Shown piece after piece: positions 33,101 through 44,300 of a DNA stretch of 64,000 nucleotides (positions are counted from its first letter, which is position 1; each line of letters begins with the position of its first letter). The stretch comes from Callorhinchus milii (lineage: Eukaryota). The DNA lies in contig NW_024704745.1 of NCBI RefSeq assembly GCF_018977255.1, positions 10,602,001-10,666,000 of the forward strand. The letters are read 5' to 3'. The notes under the pieces were generated by a model that searched no databases, was not told the DNA's origin, and worked only from the letters and a program-made list of their open reading frames with translations. A program made the position numbers and the translations under genes.

Positions 33101-33709
33101 GCTCCTAGTATGCTTTAGCTTTTATTGAGCTATTTCTTTCTAATCAATGGGGTCTAAGTACAGTGATTTCAAATGGAATTCCTTAACCAAGCAATCTTAA
33201 CTAGTGTCTCATCAATTCAATCTGACTTGGCCAACTTTGGGAAGAGAATTCCTAAGAGTTGATGTGACGTACTTTGGGTTACAGGAAGGACTTTCCTGCT
33301 CAGATTCTTTAAATAGGGAAATAAGGATTAATTATTGAAGGTGTTCTCTTTGAAGTCCCCACACTTTAGGCCAAAACATATCCATTCCAGGCAATCCAGT
33401 CTGCACCCTGCACCTTAGAGTTGAACTGATATTAATTTAATTTTGAAACAAGTGTTCCTTGCTGCAGTTGATCCCATTTATGCATTGCAACTTCTATAAT
33501 TCTATCAGATAAACCACAATAGACTTTAGTAAATGTCTGATCTTCTTCCTCCTCCTCCTTCATTTGCTCCAGAAACAAAACCTCCATCACCCAGAGAAAT
33601 AACACCGAAAGCTGAACAAGGTGCGAGAGAGCCAGTACAAGAAGCAACCAGTAATGAAGAGTTTGGCATATACACATTACTCGGTCAAAGACTGCCTTTA
33701 CCTGTTTAA
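27116..33709 (+). CDS. Type I membrane Ig-superfamily receptor: leader, VJ-type V, C1-set, TM, cytoplasmic tail (323 aa); CD28H/TMIGD2- or NKp30-like V domain
   Basis: Exons, all joined at phase 1 by GT-AG introns: 27116-27179 leader (MLFLKTQLISLHILLHFFVTT); 28685-29044 V (VNINC, KIKW, DSDLYIC, IPPPIRKVQGKGTYLKVE); 30845-31150 C1 (LVC, FYPPDI, SW, DGSFS, YSCHVNHSTL); 32465-32569 TM (WLWMIITTSIVILVVGAVVVVAL); 33573-33709 tail (KTKPPSPR...NEEFGIYTLLGQRLPLPV*). Total 972 nt, open. The last exon is the least certain. Confidence 0.9.
27554..27926 (+). mobile_element. Full-length tRNA-SINE (long subfamily) in receptor intron 1
   Basis: Head, extra central segment, tail. Confidence 0.9.
28153..28422 (+). 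mobile_element. 5'-truncated young tRNA-SINE in receptor intron 1
   Basis: From the B box to a (tta)n tail. Confidence 0.9.
29866..29913. repeat. Interrupted (CA)n microsatellite
   Basis: cacacacacacacacacaaacacacaccacacacacaaatacacaca. Confidence 0.9.
31994..32262 (+). mobile_element. Composite unit: about 65-nt unique head plus L2 3' end (copy 1)
   Basis: tacaagtgctgcagcgcccc...gcacctgtaggcaactattgg joined to IGGRAFCHSAPILWNSIP and a (ttg)n tail. Confidence 0.8.
32771..32995 (+). mobile_element. Composite unit, copy 2, inserted in an unclassified repeat (32598-33110)
   Basis: Same head and same head/L2 junction as 31994-32262. Confidence 0.8.
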
Positions 33710-33930
33710 ACAAGCAATCTCTTTTACGTTACGAAATGGTCAAAAGTCATGCTTCATGTTTGCAAGACTCTGATAGTAGAGCTGCTGAAGGATTGCATCT
33801 ATTTCCCTAAATTGATGTTTTACAGACTCTTAACTTATTACTTCACATACCAAGACTACATGACCTGCCACAGAATGCCAGATACTCTCAGGCTCGACAG
33901 CACTAAATTGCATGATCCTCATATATGTAA

Positions 33931-33936
33931 AATAAA
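33931..33936 (+). other. Candidate poly(A) signal of the VJ-C1 receptor gene
   Basis: AATAAA about 220 nt after the stop at 33709. Confidence 0.5.
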
Positions 33937-34794
33937 AGTCATGTATTACGACGGTACCGGTGTTGGAAAAAACAAAATAGTTATGAAAATGAGATACGCA
34001 ACAGGTAGTTTATCTCGCTACTCCCAGGGTCCAGTCAGTGCCTTGGGACATGAAAAACGTTGTACAAATGTAATTTTGTTGTTGTTTTTCTGCCTCTCTC
34101 ATGCGTCCAGTACATTGGGAATAGACTGACCGTACTCAACTGCACCAAGTCAAACATTAATGTACTATTACTACAGTTTGTGTGTCAGAGTTCGTAGCAA
34201 CTTCCCTTTAAGTCCAAAGGTTGTGATTTCAAGCCCCACATCAAAAATTGGTCATTTCACTTCAATGGATTTTTGTGGGACATTGCTGTAATTTGGCTGC
34301 TATATGCACCTATAAATAAGCAGTCATTACTCTTTACAGTATTCCTGTGAAGCACTATGAAACATCCTCCTGACCTTAAAGGCAAAAGTATAGTTCTAAC
34401 AGATGCAAGGATTATATTATTATATTACTAAAGAATTGCAATACTTCATCCATACATCTACAGAGTTTGCAATTCAGTAAATCATTGATTACATTTTGAT
34501 TCTTATTGTTATTGGAAAGATGGGAAGTCTTCAGTCTGTCAGAATTAGCTTTGTTCAGTTGGCATTGCACTTTGTTGGAGGTCAGAAGGTTGTAGGTTCC
34601 AAAGCCCACCTCCAGAGTTTACGCTCACAGTCTCGTCTGATACTCCAGTGCAGTGTTGAAGGCATTGCATTGTGAGAGATGCTGTCCTTGGGATGAAGCT
34701 TTAAACGTAGGTTCCACCTGCCTGTTTATATGGATGTTAAAGATCCTATTACATTTATGGTAAAAAAGGAAATATCTTGGTCAACAATTATTCA

Positions 34795-34899
34795 GGTAAC
34801 AAAAACAGAAGTCGCTGGGAACACTCAGCAGGTCAGGCAGCATCTATGGAGAAAAGAAAGTGAGTCAATGTTTCGGGTCTACACCGCTTCGTCAGAACT
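34795..34899 (-). mobile_element. Penelope-like fragment with a hammerhead-like core
   Basis: The minus strand reads CAGTT-CTGACGA-AGCGGTGTAGACCC-GAAA-CATT-GACTCA. Confidence 0.55.
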
Positions 34900-35139
34900 G
34901 ATTCCTGAACTCTTCAGGTAAATTGATCATTCCTTTCTGGTTTGTTTATGGCAAATGCTGTCAAGTTACTTGTGAAGCACTTTTTGACATTTTAGGTGCT
35001 AAACAAAATCCAAGGAATATTCTTATTATTATCAAAGCAGACCCTGTATTACGTGTAGCAAATGACGGTAAGCATCATTAAGTTTAATGTAAAATATAAA
35101 TTTTAATAAATTTTAAAAATCGTTACCTGTCGAAACTCA

Positions 35140-35745
35140 AGTCAGAACATCAAATTCAGCACATCTAGGCTCGACTACGCCAACTCCCTGCTTGTCGGCC
35201 TTCCCAACTCTTCCTCCTGCAAGCTGCAAATCATCCAGAACTCTGGAGCTCGTGTCCTCTCCTGTACCAGGCTCCATGACCCCAACACCCCAACCTTCAC
35301 CCGGCTCCACTGGCTCCGCAACCCCAGGAGAATAGAGTTCAAAATATTTGTCCTGGCCTTCAAAGCCCTCCATGGCCTTGCCCCTTCCTACCTCTGTGTC
35401 CTGCTAAACCAATATTAGCCTCTCCCTCCAGCCTGCTCTACATCTCCCGCCTGGCCCACCCCACCAGAGGCGGTCGGACCTTCAGTTTCTCTGCCCCACC
35501 CTTTGGAACTCCATCCAATATTCCCTTTGCCTCGCTCGATCCCTTGACTCCTTCAAAGCACATCTAAAGACCCACCTCTCCGACTACGCCTTTGGCCACC
35601 CTCCTACCCTCCCTGCCCTCCACCCTCGCTGATCCCAACACCCACACGCCTCCACCCCCACTCGGGTCCAAATCCTTACTGTTCAGTGCCTTGCGACATC
35701 CTCCCAACGTGAAAGGCATTATACAAATGTAATTTTGTATTGTTT
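35140..35745 (+). mobile_element. L2 LINE 3' end
   Basis: SRLDYANSLL...LHWL, then the 3' tail gtgaaaggcattatacaaatgtaattttgt. Confidence 0.85.
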
Positions 35746-36297
35746 TGTATCATAGCTTACACCCACAAGCAGGTGAACCATATGTACGTATCTACATACC
35801 TACTACACATCAGCTTTCCCTCCATGGATCAGCATTACAATGTATGAACTTATACAACAATAATAATCCTTGCATTTGATTTAGCGCCTTATCACATCTT
35901 CGAGACGTCTCAAGGCGCTTCACAGAATATACTGTAAAGTGAATTGACTGCGTATTTTGTGGGTAAAATGCTAGTGTGTTCCTAATAGGCTAGCAGGACC
36001 ACAATAAAAATATTATCATAAATGCCTTGCCCAGTAAAAACATTCTACAAATGTTGAATTGTGAAATCGTTAAACTGGATTGGCAACTGGAATATGTTGT
36101 AATAATACCCAATGAGATCAAAGTACAAACATTAAAGAACAAGAGAGAAGTGAGGAACCTGTTGGAAAAAGAAAACGATTGAATATGTAAGTACAGGAGA
36201 AGAAATGTATTCAGTAATGTTTAATAAGCGTACCTTATTAAACATGTGTTTAGGTTAGTTGTTAATGTAGTGTATAACTTTTAATGTAGTGGCACAA

Positions 36298-36617
36298 CTT
36301 TTTCCCTAGACTTTGATTCACCAGTACGTGTTCAGGTGCCAGGATTGCTGTGCTAACGGCAGTGTTACTGTAGTGTTTTACTGGTGCTCAGAGACACAAA
36401 TATAGTTTTTACTACGTTAAACAGATTTGTCCTAAGGGTGCTTTGAGATGTTTCAGCGACATGAAACTTTTCCACAGGACTTTGATTCACAGTACGGGTT
36501 CAAGTGCCAAGACAGTTGTATTAAAGGCGGTGTTTTACTGACACTCAGAGCCGCAAATATAGTAATATAGTTTTCATCATGTTAAGGGTGTTTTGAGATG
36601 TTTCAGCAACATGAAAC
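36298..36617. repeat. Diverged tandem duplication, two units of about 150-170 bp
   Basis: Both units contain ttttcc..gactttgattca.cagtacg.gttca.gtgcca...gttttactg..ctcagag...aaatatag...taagggtg.tttgagatgtttcagc.acatgaaac. Confidence 0.85.
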
Positions 36618-37030
36618 ATCTGAGCTGCATTATCATGAACAAGTATTATCATTAATTCAGAGCATCCAATGTTCACTGGCAGAAACTAATATTACAACAA
36701 GGGGAGGGGAGACAAGCTTTCTATCCATCTTACCACATCAAAAGGTGTTTCTGTGCACAGTTTACTGCTGCACTTTGTCCAAAAAATAGAGTCAATCCAC
36801 TTTACAGTATATTCTGTGAAGCGCTTTGAAAAGTATCAACGTTGCGATAAGGTGCTACATCAAATGCAAGGATTATGATTATTATTATTATTATTGCTGT
36901 CAAGTGTAGCGGCTGTTTTTGTAGGGTCCACATTGGTTTCCTCAGTCAGAGCATTTCCAGTTCAAAAAAAAGCAATACAAACTTAGTTAGTAATATTTGG
37001 TACAAGATTGGTTACAGAAAGAGGCAATGT

Positions 37031-37350
37031 GGAATCCTGCAGCTCAGTGGTTAGAGCACTCGCTTTGCAAGTGAAAGACCTGGGTTCGATTCCCGGCACG
37101 GTGAAACCTTGGGCAAGTTTCCTTACTCCACACACCTGATAATAATCCCTCAAAAAAACAATAATAAATTAGTCACTTCAATCCATGACTGTTTGTGGGA
37201 CACTGCTGTATGCTGTATGTATTGGCTGCTGCATTTCGCCCACAAATATACAGTCAATTCACTTTACAGTCTATTCTGTGAAGCGCTTTAAGACGTCTAG
37301 AAGATGTGAAAAGCGCTATCTCAAATGCAAGGGTTATTATTATTATTATT
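37031..37350 (+). mobile_element. Full-length tRNA-SINE (short subfamily)
   Basis: A/B boxes, body, (tta)n tail. Confidence 0.9.
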
Positions 37351-38522
37351 TATGTTTCTGAATTTGAGGCCGTCCACAAATTCTTCTTGCTAGTAAGTGT
37401 AAGGATTTTGACAGGGTGTGGAATGTGGAACTTCTCACCCTAAGAATCTGAACCTCAGTGAAAGACTAATGTGCAGAGGGGAAGTAACCTATTCCCCCAG
37501 AAAAACACCAATAAAATGAATTTGACTGCATGAATATAGATCCATGATTTCACCTACAAATACACAATTATTACATTCTACAGTAAAATCCTTGAAGCGC
37601 TTTGAGACCTTTCAACGACTTGATAAGGCGCTGTATAAAATGCAAAGATTATTATTACTAATATTATGATGCCCCAGATTATTATGAATAATAATATGGA
37701 GCATCAAACTGCTATATTTGTTACATACTTTTCAGTTTCCAATCCAAAAATATCATGTACTACATGAGACATTAAATCTCATGACACACTGTACTTTTAC
37801 TCTCTGAACTTCAACTTTTTTATGCTTGCGAAAGTTAATATCTAATCTAATCTAGGTTAAGCAGAATAAAGATTTCATAGAGTAGGCTCTAAAGGTGTGC
37901 CCCCAAAAAATTGGCAAAATACAGGGCTAACAAATCAATGTCAAGTCATAAATTTCAAAACGCGCATATTGAATTTATTTGATTTGTAGTAATTCATGCC
38001 AAGCCTCAGCATCCAGCCTTAGTGTTCTTTAGTTATTGGTGTTTTGATTTTTGACTTGTTCTGCCAAATAAAATGTTTCCCAAGATTAAGATGGAAACAA
38101 ACCAATCTGCTGTCATTTCTGGTATAAGTGACTTGACAAACCTATGTAAAGGCGGTGGGTGGCTAGGACTAGAATGGGCTCGGCCCCACTCCCCCCAATC
38201 TATCTACAGCTCACCTCTTTAAGGGGAGATGTGAGGGGAAGGACCTCAGATGTGAGGAGGACCACGGTCAGTCCTCCAAGGACCTTGTTGTGTGCCATTT
38301 GTCTGCTGCGTTTGCCTGCATATAAACAGTCACCACACTTGCCATCAATTAGTTTGTTAACTACTTTGAGGTTTGGATATTGCATCAAATGCATGGATTA
38401 TTATTAGCAAATAGGTTTGACTTACAGTAAAATACTTAGCAGTCAAATGTTGCTCACTCAATGTATCTGCAATCACCTCTCTCTTCCCCCTCCCTCTTTC
38501 CCCTCTCTCTCTTTCTCTTCCT

Positions 38523-38868
38523 GGAGTCCTGGAATGTATTGGTTAGAGCACTCGCCTGGCAAGTGAGAGAACCCAGTTTCGATTCCCAGACAGGTTGTGC
38601 CACATTCAATAAATGCTGAACCACCAAACTCAAATCCCTATCTATCCTTAGGCAAATTCCCTACATGGCTCTGTTTATCTAGCAGTAAGTAGGAACCCAA
38701 TTGTTGGTCAATTCACAGATCGCTTTCCAGGGGTTGTGCGCAATTGGCCTCCACGTTTCGCCCACAAAGTATACAGTCAGTTCACTTTACAGTATATTCT
38801 GTGAAACATTGAGACGTCTCAATGACTTGTTAAGGCGCTAGGATTATTATCACAAGGATTATTATTAC
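38523..38868 (+). mobile_element. tRNA-SINE (long subfamily), diverged and interrupted
   Basis: Head ggagtcctgg...ggttagagcactcgcc, central ctctgtttat.tagcagtaagtaggaacc, tail. Confidence 0.7.
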
Positions 38869-39619
38869 TCTACATGTTCTTTTGATGACTTCACAACATT
38901 TCAGTAAATGCTAAATAATCAAACTCAAATCCCTATCTTTCTTTATCTACCTTTTCCGAATGACACTCCTGCAATAAACCCATGTGGAACTCCACAAGTT
39001 CCCCAACCTGGAAAGGTCATTTTTAATTTGTCGACACCTGCTGATAGAAATGATTGTGTCCCATGAGGTTTTTGGTCATCTCAGTCTGTGTCTATCCTCA
39101 TATTTGTCAACATTTTTACCAAGCAGACACATCTAGTTATTTTTTAAATTGGAGTTCACCGAGGCACTATCAAAAAGGAACCGAAATTGTATGCGTGATT
39201 TGGGACAGATGAAAATTACACAGAAGAACAGCAATGACTTACTTCATGCCCTTCGCATAGAATGCTGTTTTGGATAGCTTTACTGTGATGGGGCACATGC
39301 TGAACAGAGGGAAGTACTTACACCAGAACTTGAGATTATTTAACTATTCACAGTTCAGCGTTCATTATTTACAATATTTACATGGAAAACATATATTAAA
39401 AACAAGAAACTATTGATTATGCTGTGCAAATAAAACATCTTAATCCCAGCATTGCACCTGGGTTATTTGTTTAGTAGTTGCTATATAACACCTAGGGTTG
39501 TGTTTGCTTTGGATTTCTTGCTATGCAACAGCTGCAACAGCATAACCTGTTATACTAAATACAGCGAAAATCCTCATTCTTGCCTTTGTTATTTCCTGAC
39601 TCAACTTCTCACAGTGACT

Positions 39620-39850
39620 CATGCGACTCAACTTGTCAAATCAAGGCTCGATTATGGAAACTCCCTCCTCATCGGCCTTCCCAACTCTTCCCTTCACAAG
39701 CTGGAGATCATTCAAAACTCTGCAGCTCGCGTACTCTCGCGCACCAGGCTCCGTGACCCCATCACTCCCACCCTCGCCCGACTCCACTGGCTCCCCATCC
39801 CTCAGAGGATCGAATTCTAGATCCTCGTCCTCACTTTCTCCGCTTGGCTG
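39620..39850 (+). mobile_element. L2 LINE fragment
   Basis: VKSRLDYGNSLLIGLP...IQNSAARVL...ITPTLARLHWLPIPQRIEF. Confidence 0.9.
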
Positions 39851-40129
39851 ATTTAAACTTGCTGGCTTCCAAACAAAGACTGATTTTAAGATTTTTTCAC
39901 AATTCTATAAGATTTGAGACAAAATCATCTTAAAGGTTAAGATTAGGGAAAATTCCAGACCCCCTGTGTCTTCAAGTGACACTGTCTTCATCGTGCTCAG
40001 GAAACGTTTTGCATTTGTTAAACCACGTGACATAATGATGTAAAACATAAATTAAAAGTTTTTTTTAGTCTATCATTCATTAAGTGTGCCCAAACTCTCA
40101 GTACATTATTGCAGGTCAATATTGAATTC

Positions 40130-40510
40130 TAAATGAAAGGATTTCAGAAGGGAGTTTCTCCCAATGTCCTGGTCAATAAATCCCCTAAATAAAATTGGTC
40201 ACTCACTCCATGGCTGTTTGTGGGACATTGCTGTGTGCAACTGGCTACAGCATTCACCCATAAAATACACAGTCTACTTTACAGTATAACCAGTGAAGCG
40301 CTTTGAGAATCTTGTTGCCGCGAAAAAGCATTATAATAATAAATAATAATACTCAATGCACACCGTTGAGACGTCTCAAAGCGCATCACAGCCTATACTG
40401 TAAAGTGGAGTGACTATGTATTTTGTGGGCGAAAAGTGACAGCCAATTGCGCACAGCAGCGTCCCACAAACAGTCGTGGATTGAGTGACCACATTATTAT
40501 TATTTATTAT
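40130..40510. mobile_element. Two SINE 3' halves arranged tail-to-tail
   Basis: 40130-40350 is forward and 40365-40510 is reverse. Confidence 0.75.
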
Positions 40511-40820
40511 CGAAGGCAAGTATTATTAATATTATCTCTTTGCTATTACTTGAATAAGTAACTTTCAAGCTTTAATTTTCATCAAGTAATTTGTAATTGA
40601 ATAATTTACTTACATTACATGTAAAAGTATTTCACCCACAGAATACACAACATCACATCACTTTTACAGAATATCGTGTGAAGTACTTTGAGACATCTTG
40701 GTCACATGATAAGATGTCATAGCAAATTAAAGGATTATTATCATTTATTATTAAGTCTATTTGCTCAATTTAGAATCACCAAGTCAAAGGTGTCATTTTA
40801 TGTCTCTCTCCTTCATTCAG

Positions 40821-40949
40821 AAATCCGGTGCAGCTTCAATGTGATAACGTTATTCTTAAGAAGGATGATTCCTGAAGTTAAGCTGCCTCTCTGCACTAAG
40901 AGGCAAGATGCGGGTTTTTCACCTGTGTAGGCTTTTTTGTGATGATATG
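40821..40949 (+). other. Possible 5' non-coding exon of HHLA2
   Basis: Pyrimidine tract plus CAG acceptor (tgtctctctccttcattcag) and ATG|GTAAGA donor, 350 nt upstream of the leader exon, which has its own acceptor at 41295. Confidence 0.4.
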
Positions 40950-41336
40950 GTAAGAAATTCGGTTTCTCTATTTTACTTTATTGAAAGCCTTTTAGATAAC
41001 AGCCCAGCTCAGTCAATTGCACTCTCGCCTCTTATTCGGAAGGTTGTGAGAATTTTGAGCAATTAATCAATGTCAGGAGAACCTACGTTGTCGAAGGTTA
41101 AGTTTGTTTTGAACTTCTTGATGTTCCATTTTGCCTGCTCAGATAAATGTTGAAGATTTCTGTGCCATGTCCCCAATCATTTATGTGTGCAGAGCTAAAA
41201 TATAGCTGATAAGGTATAAGCCAAACAAGTCAAGCATTTTAAACATACCCATTCTTCTGTCTAATTTAAGTTATACAATTTTGTTTCACTTTTAGAATTC
41301 AAACTGTACATACTGTGAACTGAAGGAACCAGAGAT

Positions 41337-44300
41337 ATGTTCCATCAAATATTTTCCATCTGCATTTTCTTACAAATTTCAAATTCAGGTGAGTGCAACA
41401 TTTCACTATTTTTGCAGTATTTGTATGTTGACAACTCTAGGGCAACAATGAAGCATCATTAACTGTATGAGAAATTGAAAATGACAGTCTCATGAAGTAA
41501 CTGGCCCGTTTGCCTAACAGTTGAGTTTAACTATCTATTGTAGAATTATGGTTCCTGTCCGTGCCAATGAAGGATAAAAAACTTTTTATTTGTGGGTTAG
41601 TATTAACAGATCAGTGATGGTGTTTCATTTCTGGTATCCCAGGTTATGTAGTCTTCAGGTAACCAGTTTGATGGTTGCTTTGTGGTATAGAAGAGCTTGA
41701 TGTGTTTCCCTGATGTTGAAGTGTCAGTTCCTCGTGGCACAGTTAGGTCTGCATTGAGTTCCTGTTACTGTGAAGGCAACTTGGCCAGATGCTTGATAGT
41801 ATAATACATGCTGTGTTGAATCTCTAATCGTTCAGTTGGGCCCGTCTCAGATGCCGAATAGCTACTGCTTCAAATTCCTTATATCACAGAAGTGAGTGTG
41901 TATCCAATGTTTCATAGTAAGTTTTTTTTTGGTCAGTCGGGTGGGTGTCTGACACATGCGGAAACCCATCACCATGCTTAAGAGTATCCAAACTATACAG
42001 TAAGTAAGTTGAAGCAGTCATTTACTTTGGGACACATGGAGCTGGCACACAGTTACTGAGATTATGAGATCTCAGTACTACTGAGATTTGCTTTCAAAAA
42101 CAAAATAATAAGAACGTCATTCATATTATGTGTCAACTGAAAACTGTAACCTGAATTAGCCAGGGTGCTAAAAATGTAAAATTTTTGTGCAGATCATTAA
42201 ACATACGTTTTGTCTGAAAATGTATCCTTCTTTACAATATTTGAATTTATTTCAATAATAAGTAATATTATCTATTCTAGATAATGTTTCCAAACAAAAA
42301 AAGGGTTAATTTGTTTCACTTGATTTATTTCAGTTGGCTACATCGTTGGTGTTATTTCCAAAGATGTTATTCTAAATTGTCAATTTGGCCCAGCTAACTT
42401 GGATGATATAATAATTCACTGGACTCAGGGACCCAGGGTTGTCCACAGCTTTTATCGAAGTACTGATCAGCTTGCCAAGCAAGCAGAAGCCTACCGAGGA
42501 AGAACCAAGCTGTTCACCAGTGAAATCAGCAGTGGCAATGGATCCCTTCTTCTTTCAAGCATTGATATTACTGATGAAGGAGAATACAACTGTTATGCCA
42601 GCACACCAGATGGAAAATATGAAAACAAGGTTCCGCTAAAAGTAGGAGGTGAGAAACATGCTATTGATTACTGCAGTAAAGGTTTGGGAACACAAATTAC
42701 ACAATTAATTGTTCCCTTGCCTACACAAAACACAAAATACTGCAGATGCTGGAAATCTGAAACAAAAACAGAGAGAGCTGGGAAAACTCAACAGATCAGA
42801 CAGCATCTACGGAGAAAGGAAAGTGAGTCAACTTTTCAGGTCCACGATCCTTCGTCAGACATCCCTTGCCTACTCCTATTTGGTTGCATCTGCATGTTAC
42901 TGCGGTAACAGTGCAGGCAAGTATGAATAATGAACGCATTTGGTATAGGATCTTTCCCATCAGGAGGATGTCTCAAAGTGTTTTGCTGTATATATTTTAA
43001 AGTGGAGTGTGAATGTGTTCTGTGGGCAAACGTGGCAGCCAATTTGCGCATGGCAATGTCTCACAAACAGGCATGGAGTGAATGGTCAATTTCATTTGGG
43101 GGATCGTTGGCCAAGACAATGGATAGATTTTAAAGTATCTCAATTATATGCACAAGCCAAAAATTGTATTGCTTTCTTTCAGCGGAATATCGCAATTTGT
43201 TACTGACCCCTCCAAATATGCTCTCTGTTGAGACTATGCCTGCATCTCTTAGCTGTTCAGCATCTGGGGGCTATCCAAACTTTACACTATTATGGCAGAC
43301 AGTAAGGAACGACGGTATGGATGAGAAGAATACCATCACACCCATGGATGAGAAGACGACCATATCTCATGATACAAAAGGACTTTTTATAGTTCGAAGC
43401 GATTTGAATATTATGCAAACATCAAATCGAACCTACAAATGCAATATTAAGAATGATCTCCTAAATCAGTCATGGAATGGGTCCTGGAAGATGCAAGGTA
43501 TTGATTACTTAATATTCACTGAAAACTTCAAAAGTGTTGTTTCATGTCAAAATATTGCAGCCCTATTGGGATTTGTGTGGGAGTTGATTAGTAAAAACAT
43601 GTTCTTTTCTTCTAACTCCTTAATGCTTTTTTGTACATAATCCAGGTTCATATGAGGGAGAAGGGAATAAAAAGTTATTGGAGAAGGATAAAAAGGGATG
43701 GGAGGCTTACGTGGAGTAAAATTTCAGCACAGACTCATTGAATTCGCTGGACCTGTTGGGTCAAACAATGCTTTCATTGTTTCAATGTTGTACAGTTGTA
43801 ATTCAATTGGTTGACAAAATATTTTATACTGCGTGATATTTGCTAAATTTTGAAAACGATGAACTTATTTAAACCCAGAGCCTTTTGGCTCAAAGTCCAG
43901 TGTTCCACTGACTGCCATATATTTTGCTAATATGTTGTTATAATTTATTATGAATGCTATTCAATGTTTCGTTAACTGTACTAGCTATAGTCTGTTGAAA
44001 CACAATATTTAATTGGAGGGAGAGCTACGAGACTTGTAATATGATAATTATCACTGATGATATTTGGCCATCATCAGTTTTGGTAAACATATAAATCCTT
44101 TTTCTTATAATGTAACTATTTGCTATGCATTAAATATTTCTCTTTTGTTGGGAAGGCACACAGGATGGAAAAGTGGGGCAAGACATCACACTTCACCACA
44201 TTTATTCCAATAATGATTCTTCAGACTTGGCAATAACATGGAGATTTAAGAACACAGAGAACTCCTCTTCAGTAATACTATGTGAATTGAAGGGCCAAAA

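Noticed and set aside
33749-34129. 126-aa ORF containing DYMTC, superficially like CD28 YMNM
   Set aside because: The frame is incompatible with the phase-1 TM donor and lies in the predicted 3' UTR.
41544-41658. Alternative HHLA2 leader or extra exon (ELWFLSVPMK, similar to human FFIYVPMN)
   Set aside because: No phase-1 donor before the stop; 41337-41388 gives a clean leader. The micro-exon 42281-42304 would need a 29-nt intron.
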